A stretch of DNA of 64,000 nucleotides from Phoronis australis (taxonomy: Eukaryota > Animalia > Phoronida). The position numbers and the translations under genes are program-made. Of this stretch, positions 1-13,756 are shown piece by piece (the first letter of the stretch is position 1; every line of letters begins with the position of its first letter). Under the pieces are notes generated by a model, which did not search any database, was not told the DNA's origin, and saw only the letters and a program-made list of their open reading frames with translations. The DNA lies in contig NMRA01000670.1 of NCBI GenBank assembly GCA_002633005.1, positions 101,843-165,842 of the forward strand, read 5' to 3'.

Positions 1-2787
1 CGGCTCATGGTCAAAGGGATGCCGCCAAGCTGCTCTATTCATCGAGTCACGAGCGAGGATAATTGACTTCGCTCATGCGGATATGATCAGCTGATTACAG
101 TCTAGCCTAACAACTGTACTTTTTATGGAGAGAATTTTACGTAGTTTTTACTGTAATATTTGAAAAGAGGAGCGAAAACAAATACGAATACAACTTTGAA
201 TTTTTCAAATCGGCCCAGGATAAGAGATTTTGCAACACAGAAACACTCACGATTACTTTCATTCGGCGCGCACGAATACAAAAATATAGGACCCAAGTTA
301 GGATTGTATAAATGTAGAACTACTCCGTGTGTTATTTAGGTTTTGGAAAAAATGCATTTTAATACTCAAAATACGTTTTGTATAGCTATTACAAGCTCTA
401 AAACGACTTTGTGTAATTTCATTGAGATCGTTCTTTGTCATCCGTCAAACCGGAAACTTCCGAGATGTGACTCTGCGAGCGCACTCACCTTGCACGTTAC
501 AGCCGTTTAAGTGAAAAACAATCTAGTAAACGCCATTTTCTTGCATAATCCTCCGCCTTTTGTAACAAAAAAGTCTATCGTCGATGACCCGCACACGCAC
601 GCTCACTCACTCTCATACGCAGACGACCTTCAAAACAAACGTCACGTGACAACAACATGTGTGTTCATCCAGAGATTTTTCTCGTGTTGTGGAGTACGAT
701 GTAGCGCACATTTGGACTTAATCGCAATTAATCTGGACTCCACAGGAACTTTAAAAATTGTAAAACATCAGGAAGATTTCAGGTAATTTGTTGAGTCGAA
801 ACTATATTTTTATTCAAGAGTACAAGTTTTCCTATTGACGATCGCGATTCAGCGACGCATCAGTCGGCAAGTTTTCGCCCTGTGATGAGCACAATTTTTT
901 GAAAAATTATCGTAATTTAACAACGGAAGTTGATAGCAATGCACCACAATTTTGTAGAAAGGCTGTCATAGGCTACAAATACGTCACAGAGCGTAAATTT
1001 GATGAATCCTAGCTTTCGATTTTACCCGTTTGGGAAACCGGGTTTCAATTGCCGTAGGCTCACTACAATAAGCGTCCCCTCCCCGTGAAATGAATTTTTC
1101 TAAGCGTTTGTTTGAGCCAATACAGTATACAGCTTTCCACCAAGGCTAGGTGATGCAAGACATTATAACTTGTTCTTTGTTGCATTATAGTAACTGGTCT
1201 TGGCTAATTATCATTTTATGGCCTGGTCATCCATTCAGCCCAAAGTAGTTTCAGAGGTGGCTTATCAGCCAATTATTCACGCATGCTGACTCACAATAGA
1301 AGCCTGATAAGAGTGAAGGGGGATAAATGCGGTGTTCCTACAGTTTCTTGTTTTAGTGGATGTGTTCACGACATGTTGGCTCTAATAAACGCTTAGAAAA
1401 ATTCATTTCACGGGGAGAGGACGCTCATTGTAGCCTACGGCAGTTGAAACCTGGTTAATTCCCAAACGGGTAAAATCGGAAGCTAAAATTCATCAAATTT
1501 ACGCTCTGTTACGTATTTGTAGCCTATGACAGTTTTTCTACAAAATTCTGGTGCACTGCTATCAACTTCCGTTGTTAAATTACAATAATTTTTCAAAAAA
1601 TTGTGCACAGGGCGAAAACTTGTCGACTGATGCGTCGCTGAATCGCGATCGTCAATAGGAAAACTTGAACTCTTGAATAAAAATATAGTTTCGACTCAAC
1701 AAATTACCTGAAATATTCCTTATGTTTTACAATTTTTAAAGTTCATGTGGAGTCCAGATTAATTGCGATTAAGTCCAAATCTGCGCTACATCATACCCCA
1801 CAACACAAGAAAAATCTCTGGATGAACACACATGTTGTTGTCACGTGACGTTTGTTTTGAAGTTCGTCTGCGTATGAGAGTGAGTAAGCGTGCGTGTGCG
1901 GGTCATCAACGACAGACTTTTTTGTTACAAAAGGCGGAGGATTATGCAAGAAAATGGTGTTTACTAGATTGTTTTTTCATTTAAACGGCTGCAACGTGCA
2001 AGGTGAGTGCTGGTTAACTCACAGATTTTGTGTTCACAGGCCGACGGTCGTTAGCTCTACCGTGGAGTATTAATAGTCCAAGGCTCGATCTACATGTTGG
2101 GGATGAAGTGAACTACCCGGGCTGTGTGAAATTTCTGGGTCTAACGGAGACACTGACGCAGTGGTCAGCCAGCTCGCTGTATCAAGGCTATGGTCAAAAT
2201 CCAAATTCGTTTTATCGCGTCCCTGTCAATAATAACGGCATGCTTAAGTTCCTTAATTTTCGTACTTCAGGAACATAACAATCACGTGTTTTGTACACAT
2301 ACGCGCACGCCGCAGATCACATCTCGGAAATTGCCGATTTGACGGATGACAATGAATGAGCACAATGAAATTAAACAACATCGTTTTACAGCTTGTAAGA
2401 TTCATAATAAACGTATTTTGAATATTGCAATGCATGTGTTCCAAAATCTAAATAACTTGGGTCCTATATTTTTGTATTCGTGTGCGCCGATTGAAAGTAA
2501 TCGTGAGTGTTGCTTTGTTGCAAAATCTCTTATCCTGGGCCGATTTGAAAAATTCAAAGTTGTACTCATATTTGTTTTCGCTCCTCTTTTCTAATATTAC
2601 AGTAAAAACTACTTGTAACTCTCTCCATAAAAAGTACAGTCTGCTAGGTAGATTGTAATCAGCTGATCATATCCGCATGAGCGAAGCCAATTATCCTCGC
2701 TCGTGACTCAATGAATAGAGCAGATTGGCAGCATCCCTTTGATAGTGAGCCGAGCGCGACTCAGCCAAGGTGGATAAATACGGTCTA
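1..2787. repeat. Large inverted duplication (foldback) of composite DNA-transposon sequence; arms ~1-1120 and ~1376-2752
   Basis: 1-130 is the reverse complement of ~2620-2752; 440-480 matches ~2310-2350; 480-1120 matches ~1376-2010. The right arm has ~300 extra bp (2010-2310). The outer end reads TAGACCGTA on the - strand. The inner part is homologous to 12790-13350. Confidence 0.9.
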
Positions 2788-4091
2788 GTTCAATTTTCCA
2801 TACCCCACCGTTTACCTTGACGACCGGGGTTAGGACCAATCTTATTTAGTGGGACTGTTCATAGCATGTGGGAATGTTTATAGCATGTTCTCTTGAGTTA
2901 ACACATTCTTTCCGTTTAAACAATTAAATAGTTCAATTATCAAAGACAGATTTAATTCTTATAGTCAACAATGTCTAAAAAGAATAACTTGAATGACATA
3001 TCTTCTGTAGATAAGAACATTTTACCACGAAAATGAGACTAGGCTATTGTATTACAGTTATTAGCTTCAAAAGTATGAATTTCTGTCAAGGCATTTTAGC
3101 CATAACTCAATGGCGAAATATGACTAAAAACTTCAAAATTTCCTCAAAAATATGTAAGTCCTCATTTTGAAAGCCAAATTCTCAAGAAGTGATGACAATA
3201 AATAGCACATCTTTTTCTCCTAATAAAATAAAGACAGCTTCTTAACACTAAGTTAAAAGAATAGGAAGGCAGACGACTAAGTAGCCAAAGTTAAGAAAGT
3301 TCCTACACGGAGTTCAGGAGAAACAGCCATAGACGCAAAAATTACACCAAAAATTCCTTGCAGACACCAGTCTTCCAAAGTTTCACTTTTAAATGAACCT
3401 AACACCTGTCTCAATTTCTACATTAAAAACTAACATTTAGCTCAAAATGTTACCAATGAAAGCAAATTCCTTGACAACAGAAATGGGAAAATGGTAGCCA
3501 TCCTATAATAATGAAAATATTTTTGTTTTCAGCCCATCACAGGCATTTTCAGTTTGATCAGTAAGAAATACAAATAAATTTGTTATAGGAAAAGTAAGTC
3601 TGCAATATACTGTTATTCATTCAGTCACCACTTCCCACATTCAGATGCCAGTGAGATGAGATCACAAAGTGTGTCCCAGTTAAATCAGGGAGACCCAAAC
3701 ATATGTTTATTCAAGTTCTGCGAATAATATAACCAGAAAACAATTCGCAAAAAATAGTTACATGCTGAACAGAAACTTACTTTTAATACATTTTTCCTTG
3801 ATCTTAAGTCAAGAACAAATCAACTGTACAAGTGCAAATGCAGACATGACACATTACTTTTACCAATGTCTCCCCCTAAAATAGCCAAGGCCACATATTA
3901 TGCAGTGGCCAATATGGTACAGACCAGGTGACACAAAAGGCAGGTCACCAGGTCACAACAGAAGGCATGAGACAATAAACCATGACACATTAGAGAGAGG
4001 TGGAGGCAAGACAATCCTGATTAACTGGTTTGTCAGAGTCAATCAGGGTTCTTCTCTTCATGGTTACCAACTCTAGCGAGAGTTAATAAAG

Positions 4092-4161
4092 ATGAGGACG
4101 TATGGAATAGGACTGCTTCTTTACTTATCTATATCACAGCTTCCATTGATCACAGGCACTG
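4092..4161 (+). CDS. Receptor gene 1 exon 1 (signal peptide MRTYGIGLLLYLSISQLPLITGT)
   Basis: ATG at 4092, hydrophobic core, donor G|GTAAGT at 4162; phase 1 matches exon 2. Confidence 0.75.
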
Positions 4162-4349
4162 GTAAGTAATGTCAGACAGGGCTGTTTTGTTATCCACTAA
4201 TGCTCTTTCTCTTCAAAATTTAGGTCAGTTCTGAACCCCCCACCACTCAAAGCACAGAGAATGATTTATACTGCTGGTCATAATTCTCACCAAGCGACAG
4301 AGTACTGCTAAATCTTGAAACACTTCCATTGTCAGTATATAATGTAACC

Positions 4350-4920
4350 TAGACCGTACCACCATCTCAACTGGCCGCAGTGGCAGTAGATGATCCCGTG
4401 GTCATCCCATACTCCCATAGGCCCTCTATACTTCGGAAGCTTTTCGGCGAATTATGCCTCACACTGATTAAACCATCAAAGTTGTGTTGCTAGTAGTATC
4501 TTTTGCGTGTAGAGGGACACCTTAGAAGGCCAACAACGTCTTTAATTCCTTCCAACTCGAACAATTACCCCTGTAATCAAACTTTTTTTGAACAGTCCTT
4601 CGTTCAGTTGTCCAAATCGGCAACGGACCATTTTTACACTGGTCACGCTTGGTGATATGATATCATAGCCTGTTGCCGATTTGGGCAACTGAACGAAGGA
4701 CTGTTCAAAAAAAGTTTGATTACAGGAATATTTGATCGAGCTAGGAACCAGTTGAAGATCTCAACGGCATCCTAAGGTGTCCCGCTACGTACAAAAGGTA
4801 CATCATGCAACACAACTTTATGATTTAATCAGTATAAGGCACAATTCGCTGAAAAGATTTTGGCGAATGGATGGCCTATGGGATGGCCAGCGACGCTTCT
4901 GTTAGTTGAGATGGTGGAAC
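4350..4920. mobile_element. Palindromic (hairpin) MITE with TAGACCGTA terminus (Academ-like TAG end, tentative)
   Basis: 4572-4624 is the reverse complement of 4672-4724; similarity extends outward to CCACCATCTCAACT / AGTTGAGATGGTGG. Confidence 0.75.
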
Positions 4921-5060
4921 TGTTACTTGAAAACCTGCATCTACCCTACCACACAGTTTCTAAACCTCGATTCTATAGTGACTAATGAAATGTAATTGTA
5001 ATGTAAGGAATTTCTTGGCAATGAAAACATCTGAACTACCAACACATGCCTCATACCCTA

Positions 5061-5197
5061 CATCTATCTGGAGTAAACTACCTTCCTTTACCCTGAGATA
5101 GTGACATCTATCTGGAGTAAACTACCTTCCTTTACCCTGAGATAGTGACACGTCTATCTGGAGTAAACTACCTCCCTTTACCCTGAGATAGTGACAC
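5061..5197. repeat. Minisatellite, 3 x ~44-46 bp
   Basis: Unit CATCTATCTGGAGTAAACTACCTTCCTTTACCCTGAGATAGTGA starts at 5061, 5105 and ~5151. Confidence 0.9.
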
Positions 5198-6988
5198 ATC
5201 AGGCTCCTAGTTAATAAGCTTGTTAATAACAAGATGGTTTTGAATGAATTATGTTGACCATTAAAAATTTCGATTTGGCTGGAATTCAGAACAAATTATA
5301 ACACGAAGTAGAAAGCACTTGCATAGTGATTCAGACCTCCGCCAAATACTTTTAATGCCTGTACTGTGATTTGATTTAGTAATTCATGCAACACACAGGA
5401 TCATTAGAACAATGAACATGACTATTGAAGTCTGAAACTAGACGTGGTTTGTTCAAGACTTGGGTAGATCTCAAATGAGGACTGCTCCGCAAACCCATTA
5501 CATGTGCGAGAAAAGCTTCCTTTTGCATCTAACGCATAGCAATGCCTCGCAAAGAAATGCATGATCTTGCATTTTCGATTTAGGCTAAATGCTTTTTCAA
5601 CCAGCTTGATAACATTTATTTCTAAAATAAACACTACAACTGGGTGGGAAATTCCTAGTGCCATGTTTGCATTGTCAGTGGATTAGTTTTTAAGGTAAAT
5701 ATGCAGAGTATGCGATTAAAATTTCAAGAACATTGTAGATTATGGCCAAGATTACAAAGTACGGAAAAAGTAGGGGCTGAATGCATAAAACCACAAAAGC
5801 TAGAATGTCACAAAGACATTCCTTTACTGAAATCTATCTCATGTTCTTTCCTCCTTAAATTGTTTTGCCAAAGACTCAATATAGGAGGTGCTACTTGGTA
5901 CTCAATATTTACAGTAAAAATACCCTCATAAAGAATGACCAATTTACAACCTAGTTATTGCCAAATTACACAATAATGCCTCTGTTAAATGGTGGGATTT
6001 GTAACAAATGACCCTCTGACTAGACCTAATGATTGAGTGGACCTGGTTTAACAGGTTAATACTGTGACCTAGCCACTACTCAGTGCAAGTAGACTAAAAT
6101 GCCTTGGGGACCTGTCTTGCCACTGATGTACTGGGTACTAATGCCATCGTATGGATTTTAGTGTTGATTTATGATGAACTAACATTCATTTCATAAGAGC
6201 TAATTAAATCCTATGCAGGAACAACAAGGGCTGCGTTCCAAAAAGCAAGTTTCTAGCGTTATCGCACAACTGAGTTCCTACTAGACTTCAATAGCACTTA
6301 CTCTCTAGTATGTTGTGTTATTGAACTATGGCCAAATTACGTTACATTAGTCAACTAAAACCTAGAATAAATATAGTTTGCGAACTAAATTTAGGAACAG
6401 GAACCATCAGTGGATTCCCGCCTGGTTCACAGTGTAATCATGCAAAATTTTAACTTCGATAATTTGACTCAATAGAAAATGAGTAGCTTTTGTTTACAAT
6501 GCTGGCACATGGTAGCAAAAATTGATGCAGTCAAATTTCCTTAACATGACTCAAATGTGGAAATGTAATCCCAAATCTTCAGAAAAAACAGCACTTCATG
6601 TGACTGAAAAGTACCATGGTTTGAAACAGCTGTCAGAGCTAATGAGCCATTCATCTGATGTATGCCACATACCAAATAACTTCCTGTTTTGGTTTTTGTT
6701 GCTGGAAAATTTAGAACTTATTATAGCTTAGTCATTACAAAGTGCAAGGGCACAGTCCTGAAATGATAGTTCAAACACATTGGAAATGTTGTTTTGTTTA
6801 CTTTGTCCTAAAATTAACTGAAGTTGGTTTCTTGGAATGGGCCCCTGCTGTATAGAATGCTTGGTCATGCTATGGAACTACTGAGTGGTGTCAATCTATT
6901 CTACACAGCATAGGACTGAACCCCAGTAAGCTGTTTATTACATTGTAAGCTGAGCAGGTACACCTTGAAGTGTAGGTGCTCAGCTTAA

Positions 6989-8666
6989 AGGAGAATGCCA
7001 CCCAAAAAACAACCTAATTTGTATCAATTTAGATCGAGTAGTTCTACTCCATAATGACACGTACGGTTGCGTTACCTGACACCTGACGGCAGACGGAGGT
7101 GTTGAAATTATCCAATGACGTCATCGGTTTCACATGCAGTCTGTTCACCAGTTCACAACACGGGTTACTGGTGCCAGCTTATCGCTTCGAAGTCATGGTT
7201 TAACACCAATAAATCCTCAAACTTTGATGTAAAACCCTTAAAAATACACCGAGTTCTTATAAAAATGTGTTGTTTTATTTCGCTGTTACGGATTTATTGG
7301 TATTTGGACACACCGTAGCCTACAAAGTTCGGCAGGCCAATAAGGTCCGTAGCAGGAGTTTGGGGTCTGTTCGGAGATAATTTCGAAGTATTTTCCGCGA
7401 GATACAGACATGAAAGCTAGATGTGTGTTGGTTAGACTTGTGATTTTTTGAGTTCTAAACACAAAACACTTGTTATCCTGGCCAGTGGCTCGGAGTCCGA
7501 TCAGGCCCGTCGCGGCCGGCCGGATTGACTCGTTATCCCGGGCAGGTCAGTGGCTCGGAAACTGATCAGACATCACGAACATAAACCAGCCAAAGTTCAG
7601 TGGAAACTAAACTTCCAGTCAAGAAAATACTATAGTAGTGAGCCAAGGTAATGTGCACATGATTATGTTGGTGAATTACCACAAAACTGCAAATCTATAC
7701 TCGTCGGGGGCCGCGAATTCACTTTTCGCTTTGGCCACAGCACCGTCAGGGCAGAAGTTGTACATTGACAATCATTATTTGAGTAATATAAATAAAAATA
7801 AAGATTCCCCTAACACCTGGCCGTGGGATGGAAATCGAGTTGTTTCACAATAGTTTCTGCCAGCAAACACTAAATTAGCATGAGCTCACATGGCCTCAGT
7901 GTCCGGTCAATTAGTTTTATTGCACCTAAAGCCGGTAACGCAGTGATGTATTCATTGCTGGCTTCTCAAATCATTTGCACTCACGAACACTCCAAAGGCA
8001 TTACAAATTGCATCTAATGAGACAGACTTTGTGTCAGTTTTATATAAGTATTGGTTAGGGTGAGAACAATTCATTTTGAAACAGAACGCTCAGTAATAAA
8101 CGCCAACATGGCAACTCGCAATCCCGACTTTAAGATGAGCTAGAGCTCAAATGTCCCGACTTCGCAGGTGGATCATTAAGTTTTACATGCTATCAATTCG
8201 AACAGGAATATAGTGATGAAGAAATACTAGAGAGGCGCCGTGAACAAGCTCAGACAACAGAACGTATGGAGTTATTTGGTAAGCCGGCATTCGTGGGACG
8301 TCTCAGTGCAGGCCACAGACACGGAGATGTTTCAGGGCCTCATACTTGCTATTTATAGCGTACATTTCATTCTTCACTACCATGAGCAACTTCCAAGCAT
8401 TTCGGACTCTCGAGAAAGTAAAAAAAAAAAACGATATACCCGCTTTCCTCGCAGGTGCTTAGTTTGGACAAGCGGGAACGATGCACCGCAACATAGCGGC
8501 ATTCACTCTGCATATGAACCACTGACATCGCTAGCGTCGTTTTTCACCTTCCTCACAGGTTAACGCGACACCTCTTGGCAAGGTAAGGTCGACCGTATGC
8601 GAGGCGATGTGGATATAGACCAATTAAGACGGCAAAAAGACTAATTAAATCGGGTGGCATTCTCCT
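6989..8666. mobile_element. Non-autonomous Kolobok-like DNA transposon
   Basis: TIR AGGAGAATGCCACCC ... GGGTGGCATTCTCCT, flanked by TTAA at 6985-6988 and 8667-8670. Confidence 0.8.
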
Positions 8667-9936
8667 TTAATGCCTATTTCAATGTTGAGTTCCCAATTTA
8701 AGGCCCCTGGTTGGTAACATGCACACAGGGTTAAAACAAAAAATGCATGACTCACAAGGGTTTTCTCCAAACACAATTTTAAAACCTCAGCATTTAGTCT
8801 TTGTCTGTAACAACTCTTAACCAGACATTCCTGCTCAATGATGTCAGTTCTGTTGGCAGATTAAGTGTTAAATAATTAAACAAAATACCTGTCACTGTTA
8901 TTGTTACAAAACTTCACTGACCCTAGTGTGTCTAGGGCTTACACCGTAACTTATCTTTGATATTGTCAAGAACTGGCTAAAACAATGTTTTGGGTTTAGT
9001 CTAAGCATAGTTCACCTGATGCTCTATGTTGCAGCATATTTCACTACATTCCAAATCTAACTGTAGACAAGTTTTTCACACTTCTGTTTTAGTGCACTAC
9101 AAGTTCGGGCTGATAAATTTCAATGATTTATGCATTCCAGCTATGCTGTATACAGGATATATATCTCCACCAGCTGAGCAGAGTGAGTTCACTGCAAAGT
9201 GACACTAATGATTAGTGTAAGAATGAATTAACTCAATAAATTAACTCAATGAATAAACTCAATGAATCTACGTTAAAAATCAAGTTGATGCCAAGAAATA
9301 AGCAGAAAACAACCAGTTTTCTTTAGAGGTTCTTCAAGTTTAACAAACAGATGGCGCTGTATGTCGCTTAATTAAACAGCCAGAGCTCCACCCAAAATTG
9401 CGTTCTTTTTTAATGTGGCTGAGGTACAAAAGACATTATAGTTTTGGACTTGGACATCTATTGTGTCTCTATGGATATTTGTTGTGCTTTTCAAGTTGTC
9501 CATTTTCAGAATTTTAACTCATTGAGCCGCTAAAGTACCTTATTGGCAATGAAAGATGTAACCTGATAATGACTTTTAATACAACATGTAGTATTGCTCA
9601 TATTAAACAACATACGGAGATCAGCGCAAGAGGTACATATACTATTATGGAAAAATACCAAGGGTTGCTTCATTTTAAGATGTTGCTATTGTAGAACAAA
9701 TTTACAAAATTCTTCAGTTTAGAACAGTCTCTTGAATTTGGATGATTCTTGAAATTTTAACATCAAATACTGTCTGTTTCTAGAATATGGGATAAACTCT
9801 GACCTTGAGCAAAATAATTAAGTTTTCACTGAAGAATTTTTACCATACTGGTGCCATAACAAGATAATCAAAATGATTAACAAGACAACAATGAAAGCCC
9901 ATGAACTAATTCTTACTCTCCATTGTCCTATTTCAG

Positions 9937-10245
9937 CCATTTCCGAAGTATACTGCTTCAATTATTTCATAAACATTGACTGCACCAGTTCTCAACACAT
10001 CACCATTGTCAGTCTCAACTATGGTAAAGGCAACTGTACCTCAGTGTGTTGCGCACATGACTTTGACTGTGTCCGCCCAGTCCAGGATGTCGAGCCATCC
10101 CAGTACAATGCTATCATGGATAAATGCCATGGCAAGAAGTCATGCTTTTATAAACTACCACTTGAAGTACCCAGCCTAGACATCGCCTGCCCACCTCCGT
10201 CATCATTCAAGCCTTACCTTCGTTTAACATACAGCTGTACTACAG
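9937..10245 (+). CDS. Receptor gene 1 exon 2: SUEL/galactose-binding-lectin-like Cys-rich domain
   Basis: TTTCAG| acceptor and G|GTAAGT donor, 309 nt, phase 1-1. Pattern C-x8-C...NYG...C...CC...DC...KCHGKKSC...C...PYLRLTYSC. Confidence 0.85.
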
Positions 10246-10537
10246 GTAAGTGCCACAACAATTCCAAATGTCGTTCACACACAGGCTTACCCTAGCACAA
10301 GTTACTGCCACAAGGAGTTGTCGCAAAGTTTGGATGCTGTGTGGACGTTATTTAAACTAGTGCAACTAACTCCACCTTATCGAAGTAGGGTGACAATACT
10401 ATACTACTGAAGAATAATAACTATATACGTTCTTGAACTGTCCACATCCAGTCTAAATGACAATTCTTGTACTGTATTTATATCGGACAAAGCTTGATCA
10501 TATAACCACTGTTATGGATTAGGAATTTACACTCCCA

Positions 10538-10601
10538 ACAGTTGTGTGACAATGTGACTGGCATCCCTACAGTTGTGTGACAATGTGACTGGCATCCCTA
10601 C
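10538..10601. repeat. Perfect 31-bp tandem duplication
   Basis: CAGTTGTGTGACAATGTGACTGGCATCCCTA x2. Confidence 0.9.
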
Positions 10602-10991
10602 AAAAAATGGAGGGTAGTGAACTTCGCGAAATGCCATGGTCTTTTTAGGGTCTTCCACATAAGTCACCATATTAATGCAACTTGTAACTTGGTGACTTAT
10701 ACTGAAGCTTGTCAAGAAAGACTACCCATAAAAATTCCTTTTTACTTGCGGCAACAAGAACAAACTTGACAATCATTGTTGCTTAGTGGAGTAGTCAACT
10801 TTCTCCATAATAGTTTACTACTTAGCCAAAGTGCAGTGTGCATGTGTGTATTATTATGTATACCTTAACAGTTGAGTTGAGCAAGGAATACTTGTTGCAA
10901 AGATGTAATGTTCATTTGATTTCACTGCAGTGATATTATACTTACACTTATGAAAAATTAAGAAACAAAAAATAAATCAAACTTGTTTCAG

Positions 10992-11156
10992 CCACCACCA
11001 CTACCACCAAACCAACAACAGTGTCACCGACAACACAAAGGCAGAAGACATCACAGCCTGCCATCCTTCCACAGACAACAGTGCCACCACCAGGCAGCAC
11101 AACAGATACAGCTTCTGATGGTGGCAAAAACCAGACTCAAACTGGACTCGGCACAG
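10992..11156 (+). CDS. Receptor gene 1 exon 3: Thr/Pro-rich mucin-like stalk
   Basis: TTTCAG| acceptor, G|GTAC donor, 165 nt, phase 1-1. Reads ATTTTTKPTTVSPTTQ...TQTGLGT, a frame not shown in the ORF track. Confidence 0.85.
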
Positions 11157-11964
11157 GTACGGAGCAGACATAGTAGCCATGTGAACTCGGGTTCCAGTGT
11201 GGTTTAACAATCAATCATACTATCATTTGACATTGGAAACTCTATATTTAAGTTGTTGGAACAAATTTTCTCACAGGGAAAAGGAAGTGTTTGGGTAGGG
11301 AACTTAACCTACTAACAGTTCAACTGCTTTTGTGCCCTTTTTCACAGTCACCTGTACGGAAGAGTGACTCTGTGAAAGGATGATGACCAACACAGGAATG
11401 AGATGGAAAAATAGTGAATCGTTTTGATATTGTGTTTTGACGCCTTGTTATCTTGTGTGTCACATAAGACCAACTGGAATGCATCGATTTCAATTAAGTC
11501 TGGTCTTGTTGTTGCAGCAGTGTCAAACAATGATAGATTCAGCAGAATGCACTTCTCACACCAACCACGTGGAATATTTGAGTATTACTTTCAGGGCTTA
11601 GAATTTTCCTTTTTTAAGAGGATTTCCTCCTTTTTGGTTTTAATTTCCTTTTATCTGATTTCCAATTTTCTCTTTTTCCTTTCTTTTTATCATTATTTTG
11701 ACTTTATTCATGCAAAAACATTTATTTCAATTAAATTTTATAACGCAAAACATATTTCTATCACACAAGCCCATTTACTTTTGGAATGATATGTCGCCTG
11801 AAAATATTCCTCTTTTTTGTCATTGGTCATGCCAAGCCCTGTACTTTACAAGCAACCCAATATCAGAATGTACGGATATTTCTTTGTTATCACAAACATT
11901 TGAAGTATGGTCTGCTCGCCACCTGCTGGCCACAGGTGGGGGGGCAGAAATCTTTTTGGACTTA

Positions 11965-13353
11965 CCGTATTCGCCGTAATAACCGCCCATGCCCCTATAA
12001 GCGCCCCCCCACGCGTTTTCAGACTTTGCTGAAATAAGCGCCCAGTCCATGAACGTGTACATGCGAACAATGACGTATCTACAGTCCTAAAACTCGGCTA
12101 CAGTAACGTCTTCAATTTATCAAAAAATTTTTGCAAGGGTCTTCTAGACCACCAGCGGCACTGCTACATTTGTATTTAGCAGTGACTTTACACTTCAAAG
12201 TAACGCAGCGCTTCAAAAAGAACGCAACAGCATTGCGACGCTCTCGCGATGACCGTGTCCCACTATGGTCTGACCTTTCAGTAGACACATCGACTGTCTC
12301 ATGAATAAAAATAACTCTGTGTTAAACGCACAGGGACCAGGAAATGCGCGCTACATACATGAACCTGCCATCAAAGTTAGTCGGGAACTATCCATTCATG
12401 AAACGAGTAGCATAGCATCGGCAAGAAATGAATATTGGCACTAATTTCAGACAATTTCTAATACTATAAAACATGTTTTTTTGAGATGGATTGTTTGATT
12501 AACCATAATTGGTGTTTTTAAGCATAATATCCGATAAAATGACAACTGACAATGAATGCTTACACACCCTTACACCGAAACATAACTGTCAGATAGTTAC
12601 GTACGCATCCAGCTACACGGCGACTAATATGGCCTTACTGAGACAAATGTCAAAAGTTTTTAGCACGAGACCGGCAAGTGCTGAATGAAAGACGCTCTGG
12701 TTTAGGCCTACTGCTTGTGCAAATTTCTTTAGACACATCTAGCTAGTTAGATTGCGTGGCTCAGGCCAAAGGCGTTCTCTGCTTTGGCAAATGAACTCTG
12801 GTGACACGCACGCGCTCGCTTACTCGCAAACGAACTTCAAAACAAACGTCACATGACAACAACATGTGTGTTCGTCCAGACATTTTTCTCACCGTGTTGC
12901 CGATCATGCATGTAGATGGCACTATGTTGCACAGATTTGTACTTGAACTTGCCGTTAATCCAGACTTCACGGGAACTTAAAAAATCTTAGAGACACTACT
13001 TATAAAACTTAATGAGGATTTCAGGTAATTTGCTCGAGTCGAAACCATTTTTATTCAAGCATTGAAATCGCCATATCGAAGACGGCGATTTCGAGGCAGT
13101 CAGCCCTGGGATTTCAGCACAATTTTCTGTAAAATGATCGTAATTTAGCAGCAAAGTTTGATAGCAATGCACCACAGTTTTGTTGACAGTCTTTCATAGA
13201 TTACATATACGTCACAGAGCGTAAATTTGATGAATCTTAGCTTCCGATTTCACCCGTTTCGGAGACCGGGTTTCAACCACCTTGGGTTATAATAAGCGCC
13301 CCCCTGAACCGAACTTTTCTAAGCGCCCCGGGCGGTTATTATGGCGAATATGT
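11965..13353. mobile_element. Non-autonomous pogo/Tc1-mariner-like element
   Basis: TIR CCGTATTCGCCGTAATAACCGCCC ... GGGCGGTTATTATGGCGAATATGT, TA on both sides, subterminal TAAGCGCCC repeats. Confidence 0.8.
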
Positions 13354-13674
13354 TATGTACATTAGGTCACATGATTTGGCCAACATGCTTGTGATCTATG
13401 TTTCCATGCCAGTTCACAAGATTTACATATACATATATAGTTACTTTGTTCTGTTAATTATAAGAAGCCAGGGTATGTAAGCATTTCATGCTGCTGCTTC
13501 TCATAACATTGAGGAATACTGTAATTGCTTTTTAGTCTGGTGCACAAATGTCATTCATACGTAGAGTTATATATAGCTAGTTATTGCTCTTCTAATACCG
13601 TATTAGCCCTAATAAACGCCCAGGGCACAATGCTTGTGATATCTACTATTACCAGCATTTTTTGTTCTTTACAG

Positions 13675-13756
13675 GTGCTCTGATAGGCATTATAGTGGGC
13701 AGCGTGTGCGCTGTCATTCTCATCGTGGTGCTTGTCATCATCTTGTTGAAGCGCAG
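13675..13756 (+). CDS. Receptor gene 1 exon 4: transmembrane helix
   Basis: TTTACAG| acceptor; GALIGIIVGSVCAVILIVVLVIILLKRR; AG|GTTAGT donor; phase 1-2. Confidence 0.9.

Noticed and set aside
5061-5197. CRISPR-like regular repeats (also 18812-19023 and 62378-62700)
   Set aside because: Head-to-tail units without unique spacers, eukaryotic context, no cas genes.
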